Position numbers and translations under genes: made by a program. From positions 2,604,001 through 2,668,000 of the forward strand of contig JAMWBK010000005.1 in assembly GCA_029953675.1 (NCBI GenBank): a stretch of 64,000 nucleotides of DNA, written 5' to 3'. Origin of the DNA: Rhodosorus marinus CCMP1338 (Eukaryota; Plantae; Rhodophyta). How positions within the stretch are numbered: the first letter of the stretch is position 1; every line of letters starts with the position of its first letter. This document shows positions 39,134 to 50,922 of the stretch, one piece after another. The notes below the pieces were generated by a model, which saw only the letters and a program-made list of their open reading frames with translations, was not told the origin of the DNA and did not search any database.

Positions 39134-39299
39134 TCGCCGCCGTCGCCCGTGTTCGGTTTTCTTGTATTGTTTTCTTAGCGGATCACTTAACTCGGGACAG
39201 GATGCAGCTCTAGCGTGAAACAACCGAAAGAGCCAACTATATCGCTCCCGGCCAAGCGTTTCCTCTGGGTACCTCCTAACACATTCCTGAATTTTTGGG

Positions 39300-39475
39300 G
39301 AAGAATGATACCAGTAGTGTTCCAGAAGATTAATGGGTTTTGTGCTCACTGGGTTCTCATTCCTTGTTACTGCTTCCGTATTCTCCAGAAGAATGATACC
39401 GGTCATGTTCCAGAAGAGTAACGGGTTTGTGCTCACCGGGTCCTCATTAGTTGTTATTGCGGCCGTTCTCTCCAT
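39300..39475. repeat. Imperfect tandem duplication, ~88 bp x2, between convergent 3' ends
   Basis: GAAGAATGATACC..GTTCCAGAAGA..GGGTTT(T)GTGCTCAC.GGGT.CTCATT at 39300 and 39388. Confidence 0.85.
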
Positions 39476-39599
39476 CCTCTTAATTTATTGGACTGTCGAA
39501 GTTGTTCTTTTAGATAGAGATGGATTCGGTCCTTGTTTTGGTCGCAGCGAGGGACGCCCCTAGCGGGTTAAGATTTCCCTCGCTCTCGTCAGTAACATA

Positions 39600-42500
39600 T
39601 TACTCTGCGACTTTCGCTTCCAGGGTTCCTTCATCATCTCGCGCTTCAACCACTGCGACTTTGTACGTAAAGGAATCGGTTAAGGGGTTTTCAACGGATT
39701 CTGTTCCGTCCGGCTTCGTGACACTTGAGCTTGTCCCGTTTGAGCTACCATCGTCCACCTTCTTGGATGCGGGCTTGCGCCTTGCTCGGATCGATTTGGT
39801 CTTCTTCGCCGCTTTGCCTTTGGCCTTGGAAGGATCATCTGCCGGTTCCTCTTCCGCTGAACTCGAGGACTTCTTCTTCTGCGACTTGGCCGCTTTTGTG
39901 CCGGACGATTTGGTCACAGTCCCCTTCTTCTTCGTTGCTTTTTCTTCCAATGCCTCTAGCTTGTCCTTGAGAAATGCCTTGAGGTCTTCCTCCGTGATAT
40001 CTTCCGGTCGCTCAGCTAGCTCTTTGGACAACTTAACATTTGCACTCCCGAACTTGATGTAGGGTCCATACCTTCCACTCCAGACCTCAACTTCGCGATC
40101 CTCGATCGTCCATGAGCTTATGCGACGCTTGCGGCGTTGTGCCTTCTGCTGCAAAATCTCTACTGCTCGATCGAGTTCAATGGAGTAGACGTCTTCGTCC
40201 TTGGGAAGAGAAACAAACTCTCCTTCATAGCTCAAGTACGGTCCAAACCTTCCCGTCGAGGCAACAACGGGTGTGCTCGTCTCGGGATGATCCCCAAGAG
40301 CCCGAGGAAGAGATAGAAGCTTCAGAGCCAGCGGAAGATCGACTTCCGAAACAGACATTCCGGAAGGAAGCGAAGCCCGTTTCAACTTTGCTTTGGACCC
40401 GTCATCCACACCCAGCTGCACGTAAGGTCCGTACGGTCCAAGCTTGCACAGAACGGGCAAGTTCGTCTCCGGGTCTACACCGATCTGCGGCTCCTCCCCT
40501 GTCTTAACTATAGCCTTGACAGTGGTGACAGAATTGAGCTGCTCTGGCAGCATATTCGAAGGAATGCTCACTCTGTCACCCTTTTCGTTTTCAACTAGGT
40601 AGGGACCATAGGGACCTACCATCACGGAAATGTTGGCGTCCTTCAGACCAGGGAGTTTGATCTCTTTGACGGACTTGTCAATATTCTCCCCCTGAGTCTC
40701 AACCACGTTTCTCAACCCCGTATCATCGTCCAAATAGTACCTCGTCAGGTACTCCTTGGCGTTCCCATCTCCGTTCGCGATGCGATCGAGCTCCGCCTCC
40801 ATCCTCGCCGTGAAATCGGCGTCCACGTAATCCGGAAAATAGTTGCTCAGCAATGAATCCACGGCAAACGCAGTGACGCTCGGTGCTAGATACCGTGAGG
40901 AGACCCGGCAAACATAGCCACGATTCTCCAGCGTATCAATAATTGCTGCGTACGTGCTGGGCCGACCGACGCCGCTCTGCTCCATTTCCTTTACCAACGA
41001 TGCGTCCGAGTATCGGGGCGGCGGTGAGGTATCGTGCTTACAATTAGTTTTCCCAGATATTAAGGCCCTATCTCCAACGTTGACGTCTGGGAGCACGCGG
41101 TCCGTGCCATCACTGCGTTCCTCTTCGTCTTGTGAGTATGCAGCGCGAAAGCCCGCGAAGAGGATTCGACTGGCGGAGCTCTTCAGCACGACTGTCTGGT
41201 CCGGGTCTGAGAAGGTGATACCCATAGTTTCATACTGGGCCGGCGCCATTTGGGAAGCCAGAGTCCTCTCATAGATTAGACTGTAGAGTTTCAACTCACT
41301 ACCCTCTAGGGGAAGATCTCCCGGTTTCATGAACACGTTTCCGGCAGGCCGGATGGCCTCATGCGCTTCCTGAGCATTCTTCGGCTTCGTACGTTTCTGG
41401 TTCGACGTGCCACTCGCGAGATACTCTTCTCCGAACTGCGCAGTCACAGCATCTCGCGTAGCGGCAACTGCCTGGTTGGACAGCTCGGGGTTGTCAGTTC
41501 TCATGTAAGTTATATATCCGGCCTCGTAAAGTTTTTGTGCAGTTCGCATGATGGCCCCCGCTGGCAAGCTGAGTCTCGAACTCGCGGCTTGCTGCATAGT
41601 TGAGGTGATGAACGGAGCTGGTGGTTGGCGAGTGAGCTTTCTTCGATCCACAGATTTTACAACAACTTCATCCATGCCGTTCAGGACCTCGCCCAGCTCC
41701 TCCTCTTCCTTTATCCAGACTAGCTTGTCGCTCACAAGCTTTCCCTGTTCGTCAAAGTCAGTACCAGCGGCTATTTTCTTGCCCCTCACCTCCGAAAGCA
41801 CACCCGGAATTTCTTTCTCCCCTCCTATTTGCAGTTTGAGTTTCGCATCCCAGAATGACGCACGGACAAACCGAAGTCGTCTGTTCTCTCTCTGGACAAT
41901 GAAATCCAATGCGACGCTTTGTACTCGGCCAGCAGACAGTCCAGGAGATATCTTCTTCCAGAGCAGGGGCGACATTGTAAAGCCCGCTAAACGGTCCAGG
42001 ATTCTCCTCGTCTCCTGCGATTTCACCAGACTCAAGTTCAGGTCTCGCACGTTGCTGAAAGACGACACGATCGCATCTTTCGTGATTTCGTGGAACACCG
42101 CCCGCGCAACTGGAACCTTGGGCTTCAGCACTTCGAGCAGATGCCACGCGATCGCTTCTCCCTCGCGATCTTCGTCTGTAGCTAGAATCAACCTGGAACA
42201 GTCCGCTAGGATCCTTCTCAGCGTTGTAATCACTGGTTGCTTTCCATTCACTATTATGTACAGGGGTTCAAATCCGTTATCAACATCAACCCCGAGACGT
42301 GCCCACGAGAGGCCTTTGTATTTTGCAGGTATTCTCTTCGCAGAATCGGGCAAGTCTCTGACGTGCCCGATGCATGATTCTACTTGGAATTCTTCCTCGG
42401 ACAAGAACTTTTGTATGGTTTTTGCCTTTGCGGGGGACTCGACTACAACGAGAGCCTTCCGTCTATCCTCTTTCTTTTTCGACGACCCGGGTCCTTTCGC

Positions 42501-42680
42501 AGCTGCAAACGGAACAGTGAAGAGATTCCTTCCATTCACCCTTCTTGACCCTCCATACCCGTCGAGCAATAAGTTAGCGACATTAACAACCGCCCTGGTC
42601 CCCCCAACACGACGCCCCAAGAACCAGAACCCATTATATCCAAATCCTAACCTAGCCTCCCCACATTCCACGTAGTCCAT
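39600..42680 (-). CDS. topA: Bacterial-type type IA DNA topoisomerase (TopA), organelle-targeted, intronless
   Basis: TOPRIM LVVVESPAKAKTI, LATDEDREGEAIAWHL, SAGRVQS, catalytic GYITYMRTD, QEAHEAIRP, GVGRPSTYA. C-terminal GPYGPY/GRFGPY/GRYGPY repeats and a Lys-rich tail. An N-terminal extension of about 75 aa starts at ATG 42680. Confidence 0.95.
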   Translation of the reverse strand: MDYVECGEARLGFGYNGFWFLGRRVGGTRAVVNVANLLLDGYGGSRRVNGRNLFTVPFAAAKGPGSSKKKEDRRKALVVVESPAKAKTIQKFLSEEEFQVESCIGHVRDLPDSAKRIPAKYKGLSWARLGVDVDNGFEPLYIIVNGKQPVITTLRRILADCSRLILATDEDREGEAIAWHLLEVLKPKVPVARAVFHEITKDAIVSSFSNVRDLNLSLVKSQETRRILDRLAGFTMSPLLWKKISPGLSAGRVQSVALDFIVQRENRRLRFVRASFWDAKLKLQIGGEKEIPGVLSEVRGKKIAAGTDFDEQGKLVSDKLVWIKEEEELGEVLNGMDEVVVKSVDRRKLTRQPPAPFITSTMQQAASSRLSLPAGAIMRTAQKLYEAGYITYMRTDNPELSNQAVAATRDAVTAQFGEEYLASGTSNQKRTKPKNAQEAHEAIRPAGNVFMKPGDLPLEGSELKLYSLIYERTLASQMAPAQYETMGITFSDPDQTVVLKSSASRILFAGFRAAYSQDEEERSDGTDRVLPDVNVGDRALISGKTNCKHDTSPPPRYSDASLVKEMEQSGVGRPSTYAAIIDTLENRGYVCRVSSRYLAPSVTAFAVDSLLSNYFPDYVDADFTARMEAELDRIANGDGNAKEYLTRYYLDDDTGLRNVVETQGENIDKSVKEIKLPGLKDANISVMVGPYGPYLVENEKGDRVSIPSNMLPEQLNSVTTVKAIVKTGEEPQIGVDPETNLPVLCKLGPYGPYVQLGVDDGSKAKLKRASLPSGMSVSEVDLPLALKLLSLPRALGDHPETSTPVVASTGRFGPYLSYEGEFVSLPKDEDVYSIELDRAVEILQQKAQRRKRRISSWTIEDREVEVWSGRYGPYIKFGSANVKLSKELAERPEDITEEDLKAFLKDKLEALEEKATKKKGTVTKSSGTKAAKSQKKKSSSSAEEEPADDPSKAKGKAAKKTKSIRARRKPASKKVDDGSSNGTSSSVTKPDGTESVENPLTDSFTYKVAVVEARDDEGTLEAKVAE

Positions 42681-44506
42681 CTCTGTTCGAACACCAAAAC
42701 AAAAAGAAAAAGCGCCTCCAAAACCAAAAAAAAGAAGAAGCACGCACACCAAAAACCAGAACCCTACTTCTACCCCCCACAAAATAAACAAACAACCCTT
42801 ATCCAAAGCTCCCAGGCATTCTAACCAATCCTACTGTACACTCAGATTCTATTCCTTTCATCACATATCTATAAAGAACCCAAAATAAAACTCATAGCCC
42901 TCCTTCTTCCCCTTCGAGGTCCACCTCCTCCCCCATCTCCCAACCACCCCATCCACAAAGTACACCTAAAGCCCCCTTTTCTTTCCCCCACCCAAAACCC
43001 TTTCATATACAATGAAAATCTCTAAGCAAAAAAAAACCGGACTTTTTTCCACTCTCCATTTTCATCTTGAACACTTTTTTTCAAAAAAAAGGAACGGCAG
43101 CGAAAAGCCCCTCTTCCGGAGTAATCTGAAATCACATGAAGGATTACGATCCGCCTCTCTTGGGGGACAAAGTGCTCCCTCCCCGCGGCTTTCGACGGAT
43201 AATAATATTAGATGGTAGTACAGTATTAGTACACGTTTACAAAGCACACGTCGTCCCCTTTATGGTAGTGAATGGGGCCATAGGGCCGTTTTTAATGCTA
43301 TTTCATTGCGGTATGCGATAGATATATTTTTAATTCATGCCTTATGGTTGTGTTGTTTTTGTTCATAAAATAGACTAATTCAGAAGTACATTCGTATTAT
43401 GAAGAAAAATCATCGCCCTATCATTATAATGAATTATTAAATTAAAATTCACTATACCATGCATGGTCTATGAAACCTACCTGCTTCCCGATGAGCTTGG
43501 AGGAAGTTTTGTGCAGAAAAGTCACGGAACACTCGCTTTTCCGGGGTACTTAGGCTCTGAATAAACGGATGATGATGAACATTCGACTGCATACACGATT
43601 GAAACTTTTGAGGTAGAGTCAATGCGAACCGGGCAAACAACGGGTTCACCAGCTCCCAGAACAGAAGCAGGAAAGGAGGACATGAAAACAAATTCTGTAC
43701 CAGAAAATGTTGTTGAGTTCGATACTTCAGCACATCTCGATCCTGATCTCGGACACGACCTTAGAGGAGAAAACCAAGCTGGAAGAAAGCGAAGAGATAC
43801 TTAGCACTCCTCTGCATCCGCGTCTCAAAGTTTTGCAAAGGGCCAAAGGAAGCAATATGGAGATCGGACAGGTCCTGAAATAATTCGAGGAGTCAAAGGA
43901 CTGGAGTAGAAAGTCCATATTCACATTCACTAAAAAACATACTTCTAGTAGTACAACCTCCCCCCCTCATCATTGTATATTCAGACAACAGGCCTGGGAG
44001 CATGGAAACGAAGACAAAAAGTGGGAGTAGAAGAGGTGCTCCGCAACGGAAAGCAGTGAAAAAAAGGTCTCAACGCGTGGTAAACGGGTGTGGTAAGCCA
44101 CAAACCAAACATAAACACGCCAAGAAAAAGATGCCGCAGCCAGCTTCTCCGGGGAAGCTCTACAAGCACAGTACATCTCAGCTCTCCAAATACGAAGAGC
44201 TGATCGCTTGTATCAACGGGTGCATGAGAAAATAAAAGCATCATCCAGCAGAAGCGATTTTACAAGCTCGCACCCAATCCCATCGATTTCATAACTTCCC
44301 ACCTGCTCCCAGACTCCGCCACCGAAGAACACCTTGCCATAGGGCCATGGGGCTTGCTATAGGGCATCAAGAGTTGACCGGCCGGTTGGAATAGACGATT
44401 TGACCAGCAGATAGGGCACATTTTTGGGGCAAAACCGTTGAAATTAGTATCGTAATATGAATAGGGCGTGTCCCATTACCACACCATCATCTGTCTTCAC
44501 AGATTA

Positions 44507-44580
44507 GAAGTTTCGTTTTTTGGATGGTGTGTTCGCGTGGTTCGAAGTTTCGTTTTTCGGATGGTGTGTTCTCGTGGCCC
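44507..44580. repeat. 37-bp tandem duplication
   Basis: GAAGTTTCGTTTTT.GGATGGTGTGTTC.CGTGG twice (44507 and 44544). Confidence 0.85.
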
Positions 44581-45246
44581 CGTTTAGTTGGCCGATGATA
44601 GGACAAAAGACTGAAAGAGAAGAATTTTTCCCGTCCTTAGTGGACAACAAATTTTACTTCCAAAAACGTTGGGAGAAATAGTACAAATATAGTATCGTGT
44701 ACTACTTAAAGGCTCGTTTATTCAATAAATTATTTGCGGTTTGTGGGGCCTTCTATTTCGGTCCGCCAAGTCGATGGAATGTACCTAGATGTTTGCACTG
44801 AAGTGAGTTTGAAATTTTTGGTGATAGTACCTGTACGATAAAATTTTGATTATTGAGGGTTTAGTGAGTTTGGCCTTCGTTTCGGGCGGGCAAATGAGGG
44901 TTCCCTGAAAACCCGCTCTCCTAAATAGATTTTTTTTTTGAGAGTATAGGAGTATCGATGGACGCTGGAATAGTGCATATATTCTGGAACCGATTTGGAT
45001 CTCCGGGGATTTGGAGTCTCAAGGTTGGATTCTTTGCAGTTAATCAGTTTAGTTATCTTGTTAGCGTTTTTTTCATCCATGGTGCTAGAAGAGCCACAGC
45101 TTCTCCAACTGGCAGGAGTCTCACCGTACACTACGCCCCCGCAATACCTCATCATCATGCGCTTGAATACCCCATCCACTCGTGAAGGCGCCTCAAGACG
45201 GCGGTATCGCGCTTTGTAGTATACAGGTCCAATGTTCGTATTTCCA

Positions 45247-45870
45247 TCAGGAGAGGAACTTGAGACAGCGAGTATCGCTATGGACTCTCAGGCATTTTCT
45301 AGAACAGTAACGACTTCCACATCGAGTACATTTGTACTTTGAACAGTAACCACATACCGAACAGAAAGCCCTGGCCGGCGTTCTAGAGGGTTTGGCGGTG
45401 ATTGATAGGTATAGCGGTACGTTTGCGGACCACTCCTCGGTTAGGTCGAGTTCGAAAAGAGACGCGTTTTTCCGGTGAATACCGGGTTTCTTAGAGCCCT
45501 GTTGAGGAATTATTTCAGTCCTCTTCCTGCCCGTTTTCCGCCTCTTCGATGATACTTTCACGGGTTCTGCTTCGTCGTCATCAAGCAACGGATCGTACTC
45601 GTCGTCCTTCACATCTTGAACTTCCTCAACATAGTTGTCCTTTTCCAACGCGTCCAAACGCTGCAGTCGAAGTTCATCCCTTCTAGCAAGATCAACCACG
45701 TCTACCCTCTTACTCAGCTTCCTAGTGCGTCCTATAAGAACCAAAATCAAGACAAGAACGTAAGAGGTCAGAACTCGCTTCCATCGTGGATGTCGACATA
45801 AACACAAGCCAACTCTAATCCCCACCCTCCCTTTTTCCGCGGCCAGCACTCGAGATGGGAACGACCTCAT
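45247..45870 (-). CDS. SWC6: SWR1 complex subunit 6 (ZNHIT1/Vps71/SWC6), zf-HIT
   Basis: RLDALEKDN, YLSITAKPSRTPARAFCSVCGYCSKYKCTRCGSRYCSRKCLRVHSDTRCLKF. The start codon and first exon are uncertain. Confidence 0.9.
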   Translation of the reverse strand: MRSFPSRVLAAEKGRVGIRVGLCLCRHPRWKRVLTSYVLVLILVLIGRTRKLSKRVDVVDLARRDELRLQRLDALEKDNYVEEVQDVKDDEYDPLLDDDEAEPVKVSSKRRKTGRKRTEIIPQQGSKKPGIHRKNASLFELDLTEEWSANVPLYLSITAKPSRTPARAFCSVCGYCSKYKCTRCGSRYCSRKCLRVHSDTRCLKFLS

Positions 45871-47730
45871 CAAGTCCTTCCACAGCCATCCTACAACCCC
45901 TAATCGGCACAGCCTTTCTCGCACAGCCCCTCTCTCAAATATTCCTCCAGAGTATCACTGACCTTTAGGCCCTTTCACCGCTTCTTCATTGACAAGCCGC
46001 CTCGGTAAGTCCTCAGCAACGTACATAATAACAAGGGGACTTGAGAACAAGTCAGCCTGAAATCAACAAAGCCAAGCTTCAACAACAAGCACCGATAGAG
46101 CTACAATACTACGTTCCCAGTATCTACCTTTATCCACTTCCATAAGTACTGTCCTTCCTCACGACCCGTACGATTCTTCAAACTTCCTTTTTATGCTGCG
46201 CGGTAATGAGCAAGACACCCTCCATGTTTGCCCGGGATTGCGCTGGCCTGGGTTCACCCTACGTAGCAACGTTTGTAGCGGTTTTTGGGTGATTGGCATT
46301 GGTTTTCTAGAGACTTCGTTCACTGGATCAGTTGTAATGGGTCCAGCTCATCTCTGAGAGTAGCGGAACAGAGTACGTCAACAGCTAGACATCACACCTT
46401 AGTTTAGTACCACTTTTCTGGGGTAAGCTGGGCGGTGATCTTCTTGGAATGACAAGGAACTGCTTCAGCTGGATCAATATCGACAGCTTTGCCAGATGGA
46501 ACTGCCAAAACTTCATTTGGGGTTTTTTCTTCGTGATACCCAGGTTCCGTCCTGTTTGAGCTCGATAAGCAATGAGATTGGCGCAAGGATGTTGCTAATC
46601 TGCACTGGCTAGGCCATCAGCATCCCTCTGCAATGCAATTGATCGATATTAAACATTTGAATCGAATCCTCGATGCACGGGGTCCGCCCCGGTACAGAGG
46701 CGAAATGGCATGAGCGTTTGCTCCACCTTGTGACCCAAAATCCGAGTGAAACTCGACTGAAGCGAGGAGAACTTAGGTCGGATATACACATTGTGTTGTG
46801 AGGCAATCTGAAAAGTGGGATAAAACGAAAAAACTCGAAGCAGAAATTTTTTCTCCATGGCGTCATTCATAGCGGCCTATGGAGGTTCATTGCATCCATG
46901 ATCACAGGCACGAAAGTCATGGAATGTACAAATTTTACTTTCCCATACGACAGGGAGAGCAAAAATTGCATACTGCCCTAGAAATTCAGAGTCGAGCTCC
47001 TTCAACTTGTGAGGATCGGATATTAGGAATCTGATGACGGATTCTCCTCTAGGTTCTAGTTTGCTCCCAACACCCGGACCGCTTGTGCCCGCGGAGAACA
47101 AAACAGTATTCTACCTGCTATCCACTCAAATCCAGACTGCTCTAGTAGCTACTGCGTCAAACATACAATCCTTAACCCTGTCTCGTTGCTCCAAAGCAGA
47201 AAAAAACCAGCAATTCCAGAATCTACAAGCTACAAGAATCTATCCTTCTCCCACCTCCTCCAATCCTTCAACAGGCGAAACCCTAACGTACTGCCAAAAT
47301 GCCCCAACTGCTGGCAATACCAACCAATGCAACTGATCATTTTTCTAGTCAAAATCAAACATATCTTCCTAAGCTGGTCTAAACGAATCAGAAAATGCCC
47401 AATTTCATTCGAAGCCTAATTTTGATTGACTGCTAGAATCAATCCAAAGGCGTTGGGATTGATGGCTGTAAATTCGTGCCGAGTCGAAACTTTCTTGCGG
47501 GCCAAAAGGAACATTGGCTTTGGTTTTTTGTCTTGTTGTGGGCTGTGGGGCTCTAAGCACTGAGGGGGATATCGTAGAGGTAATATTGGCTTTCGATAGT
47601 GATCTAGAATTTGGCCCGAGGTTTGGGGAGGGTGGCGAAGGGGGTGTTTGAAAGTGACGGACAGAGTTTTTGTTTTGTTTTTTTTCTTGTGAGTTTGGAG
47701 ATGATCTGATTGGGAATTTGTGTTTTGTAA

Positions 47731-48566
47731 ATGGACAGGCTTTGTTTTGTTAGCGTGGGAGGTGGTAGGCTGCTTCAGCGGTCTGGCCAGGATGTCTGTG
47801 GAGCGGTTGTACAGGGTCGGATGAGAGGGGCTTCGCGGGCACCGTTGAGGAGGTCGGTGATATGCATGGCTAAGGGAGGATATGTGGATGACTCCAAGCA
47901 GGTTCCGTTTGAGATTAGAGGGTTCTCACTTGCTGACATTGCAATGACGCTTGGCTTTGGGCTGACGACTGTTTCGTTCTACGAGTACTTCTCGTCAAGT
48001 GGCGTGGCTTCCGCGTCCTCGCTTGGATTCGTGTACGGTATTCCTGCACTGTTGGTTGGTTTTGCGCTGAAGTATGCGGAGTTGAAACCAGTGCCGGTGG
48101 TATCCGTCGGCAATGCAAAGGAATTGCGAGATTCCAAAGCTACTCCAGTTCAGCAGAAGATTATTAGCGACGTTACTAGGCACAGGTATGTTCAGTCTTG
48201 CCCTTGGTTGGAGATCCCCTCTATGGCATTATTCTTAATCTGCCTGTTGGACCCTTTAGGTATGGCGATGAGCAGCATATGGATACTGCTCTGAAAGCGC
48301 TGGGATTGATTCCCCGCGGAGCGCCTTGTCCGGAACTGCTCGAGCTTCGGGAAGCCATTATAGATGGCAACTACGCACTGACTATGAAGTTTTTCTCAAA
48401 GGCAACTCCGTACGAAACCTGGGAAGAGCAGGTAGACAAATGTACCCGCTTTTTTGGACCTAACATTATCGCTTCACTTGAGAAAACCAACGCGAAGAAG
48501 CGAGAAGTCGAATTAACTCTTACCGTAGATCCTAGTGGTGGGGCACCAACAGCCAGCGAGGATTAA
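47731..48566 (+). CDS. APE1: APE1/DUF2854 (Slr0575-like) thylakoid membrane protein; 2 exons (intron 48186-48259)
   Basis: Transit peptide MDRLCFVSV...RRSVICM, then FVYGIPALLVGFALKYAELKP, DVTRHRYGDEQH, TRFFGP. Confidence 0.9.
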
Positions 48567-48699
48567 ACAAGAGACTTTGTGACTTATGATTGGCCTAGCG
48601 TTCTCGTTTCAGTGGGCAACTGCCGGGTTCGTCAAGCAGTCTTTTCTCCTTTCCGGCTCTGGTCAATAAGGATTTCTGAATCAATGAAATCTATGAGCT

Positions 48700-48896
48700 G
48701 ACGCCCTGGGATCAGCCACGTACCTCAGTGCGATTGATCTCCGGAGTGGGTATTGGCAATTGCGTGTGAAGACCGTTTTAGGTATGTCCTCGCCCGTGAA
48801 GACCGTTTTAGGTATGTCCTCGTCCTTCACCCGCAATTGCCAATACCCACTCCGGAGATCAATCGCACTGAGGTATGTGGCTGATCCCAGGGCGTC
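48700..48896. repeat. 65-bp inverted repeat (1 mismatch) enclosing a 27-bp tandem duplication
   Basis: Arms at 48700-48764 and 48832-48896; GTGAAGACCGTTTTAGGTATGTCCTCG at 48766 and 48796. Confidence 0.95.
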
Positions 48897-49790
48897 CAGG
48901 CAGTCATCTATGCGCGGCGGGCTCGTCTGGTTGGCTTTAACCTTTTGTAGTCAATGCATAGCCTTCTTCCACCGTCCTTCTTGTCAACGAACAGGCACAG
49001 GGCTGCAAAAGGCGACGAACTGGGCCGAATCAGTTTGTTGTCCAAAAGCTCCTGGAGTTGTCGTTTGAGCTCCTTCTGGTCCGTAAGATTCATTCTGTAA
49101 GGTAGTTGAGAAGTTGGCTCCGTTCCAGGTTTCAGGTCTATAGTGAAATTCACTTTTCTCCAAGGGGGTATTGTCTCAATGTTATCCGCGAAGACCGATT
49201 CATACTTTGATGTAATCCAGGTCTCCATCTCTCTCGTAAACTTTACTGGGCAGCGTTGTAACTTATTATTCGACGAACTCAACGACTTTGTCAAGATCTT
49301 CTTCGATGACATTCTCATTCGCTGAACCTGGCAACGCACAGACGGCACCTAGACATCGTATTTATAAAACTACGAGAAAACAAGTTGTATGCTGTAAGTC
49401 ATCAAAGTGTACTTTCGGGGTACCAGAGACTCGGTACTTGGGACGTCTTGTGGGTAGTGGAATTCGGAGACCGGACCCTACCAAGGTGGACGCCATTAGG
49501 CAGTGGAGAACACCTATGAACGTCAGAGACATACGGTCTTTTTTCGCAAACTACCTGCGAAACTACATCCCAAAGTTCAGCATCATTACAGGACCCTTGA
49601 CGGCTCTGACCAAGAGCGCGGTCAAGTTTGATTGGGCCCCAACGCAACAAGCCGCGTTCGAGAGCTTGAAGAAGCAGATCATGGAGCAACCCGTATTACA
49701 TACGCCAGCCTTCAATCGCACCTTTGTCGTATACACCGATGCCAGCAACATCGGCATGGGGGCGTTATTCTTCAAAAGTTTTACGATGGC
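48700..49790. mobile_element. Ty3/gypsy LTR-retrotransposon pol relic, internally inverted
   Basis: Minus strand about 48700-49240: YESVF..IDLKPG..PYRM..IRPSSSPFAA..FVDKKDGGRRLCIDY / IDDCLDAL..IDLRSGYWQLRV. Plus strand about 49250-49790: FFDDILI, SKCTFG..YLG, PDPTKVDAIRQW, RNase H VYTDASNIGMGA. Frameshifts are present. Confidence 0.95.
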
Positions 49791-50121
49791 TGCTGACAGC
49801 GCGAACAACTCCTGCTCATAGGTTGAATATTTCGAAGACCAACTCTACAACAGTGTTAGGCTACCACTGCCAGCCTGTATTTTATTTTTTAGATTGCACT
49901 GGGTTAACGTCCCCATATATGGTGTTTTTCTTTGCTTTTCCCTATGTTTTCCCTATGGTAGCCAACTAGATGATGTCAACCTTTTTGCCCTAGACGTGTC
50001 AGCTAGGCCCTAGTCTGTGTCTATTTTTAGTGTATTTTTTTGTCTACTTAAGGTCGACTTGAACTTGCTTTTACATCGGAGTCTGAGTAAAGACTCTTTA
50101 CTCTTTAAAAGACAATCTGGT

Positions 50122-50247
50122 TCTTGTCACGTCCTGAAGAGACAGGTTCAGTAGACGGCCAGAGTGCTAAACCTAGCACGGCGAGAGGGCTAAATATAGC
50201 ATGTTCGGAGGGCTAAAGTGGAGAATCGTGACAAGATTTGGCACGCC
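50122..50247 (+). mobile_element. Possible short or deleted LTR followed by a PBS-like motif
   Basis: TGTCACG...CGTGACA ends (109 bp; the inverted repeat extends to 10 bp), followed 5 nt later by TGGCACGCC. It lies about 330 bp from the pol relic. No target-site duplication seen. Confidence 0.35.
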
Positions 50248-50922
50248 AAACCTAGCCTATATATACCGTAACTATGACAATCTCTCTCAGGGTGAGCCGT
50301 AGGAAGAAAGCTTGTAGGAGGGAGTTAGGAAGAGTCAGAAAGGGTTAGGAAAAATAAGTTAAAATCTGAGACAAGAATAAAAGTCGATTTACGAAGAAAT
50401 TGAAACCCGTCAAACATCATCTTTTTCAGTTCTAGAGTCGTAGCAGACAGTGTGTCCAACTCAAACAAAACAGCCTGTCCATATTTCTGCTACATGTTTT
50501 TTCGTTAAAAACTTATAGACAGTCTGTCATATCTGATGATTTAGGACCAGCTGGCCTTTGTTTTTTTTTTCAGATTAGTTGGGTTTTGATGAATGTTTTT
50601 GTTTGGGAATACAAAAACATTCATCAAAACGTAGAGAAGACGTGGGTAGAGATGGGAATGTACTTAGCAAGGAGGGTGTTTCGATGGGGTATGGTGCTGT
50701 TAGAGCTGATCGGCAGCTTGGATGGTGATTTTTTTCGGGTGTGTGTGTGGTTGGAATTTGCTTCCCGTACTAATCGCTTTTGTGTAGATTATTGTGTGTT
50801 CGAGTAGACTAGGCGAGTATTGGGCAATAAGGATTTTTTGTGCGTGATTAATTTCTGGGGTCGTCTATATTATTTTTTCGGGATTCCGACTGAGGAAGGG
50901 TGGCTGATTTGGAATCTGAGGG

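Noticed and set aside
41548-42675. Long antisense or alternate-frame ORFs (41548-42675, 61649-62500, 17456-18094, 20613-21251, 36383-37006)
   Set aside because: Shadows of real genes with no recognisable motifs.
39600-42806. Bacterial contamination or a recent HGT island around the intronless topA
   Set aside because: It has a targeting-like extension and the same skewed leader as host genes, and is flanked by eukaryotic DPH7 and SWC6.
43450-47400. Short ORFs at 43.5-44.3 kb and 46.4-47.4 kb
   Set aside because: No recognisable domains or consistent splice structure.
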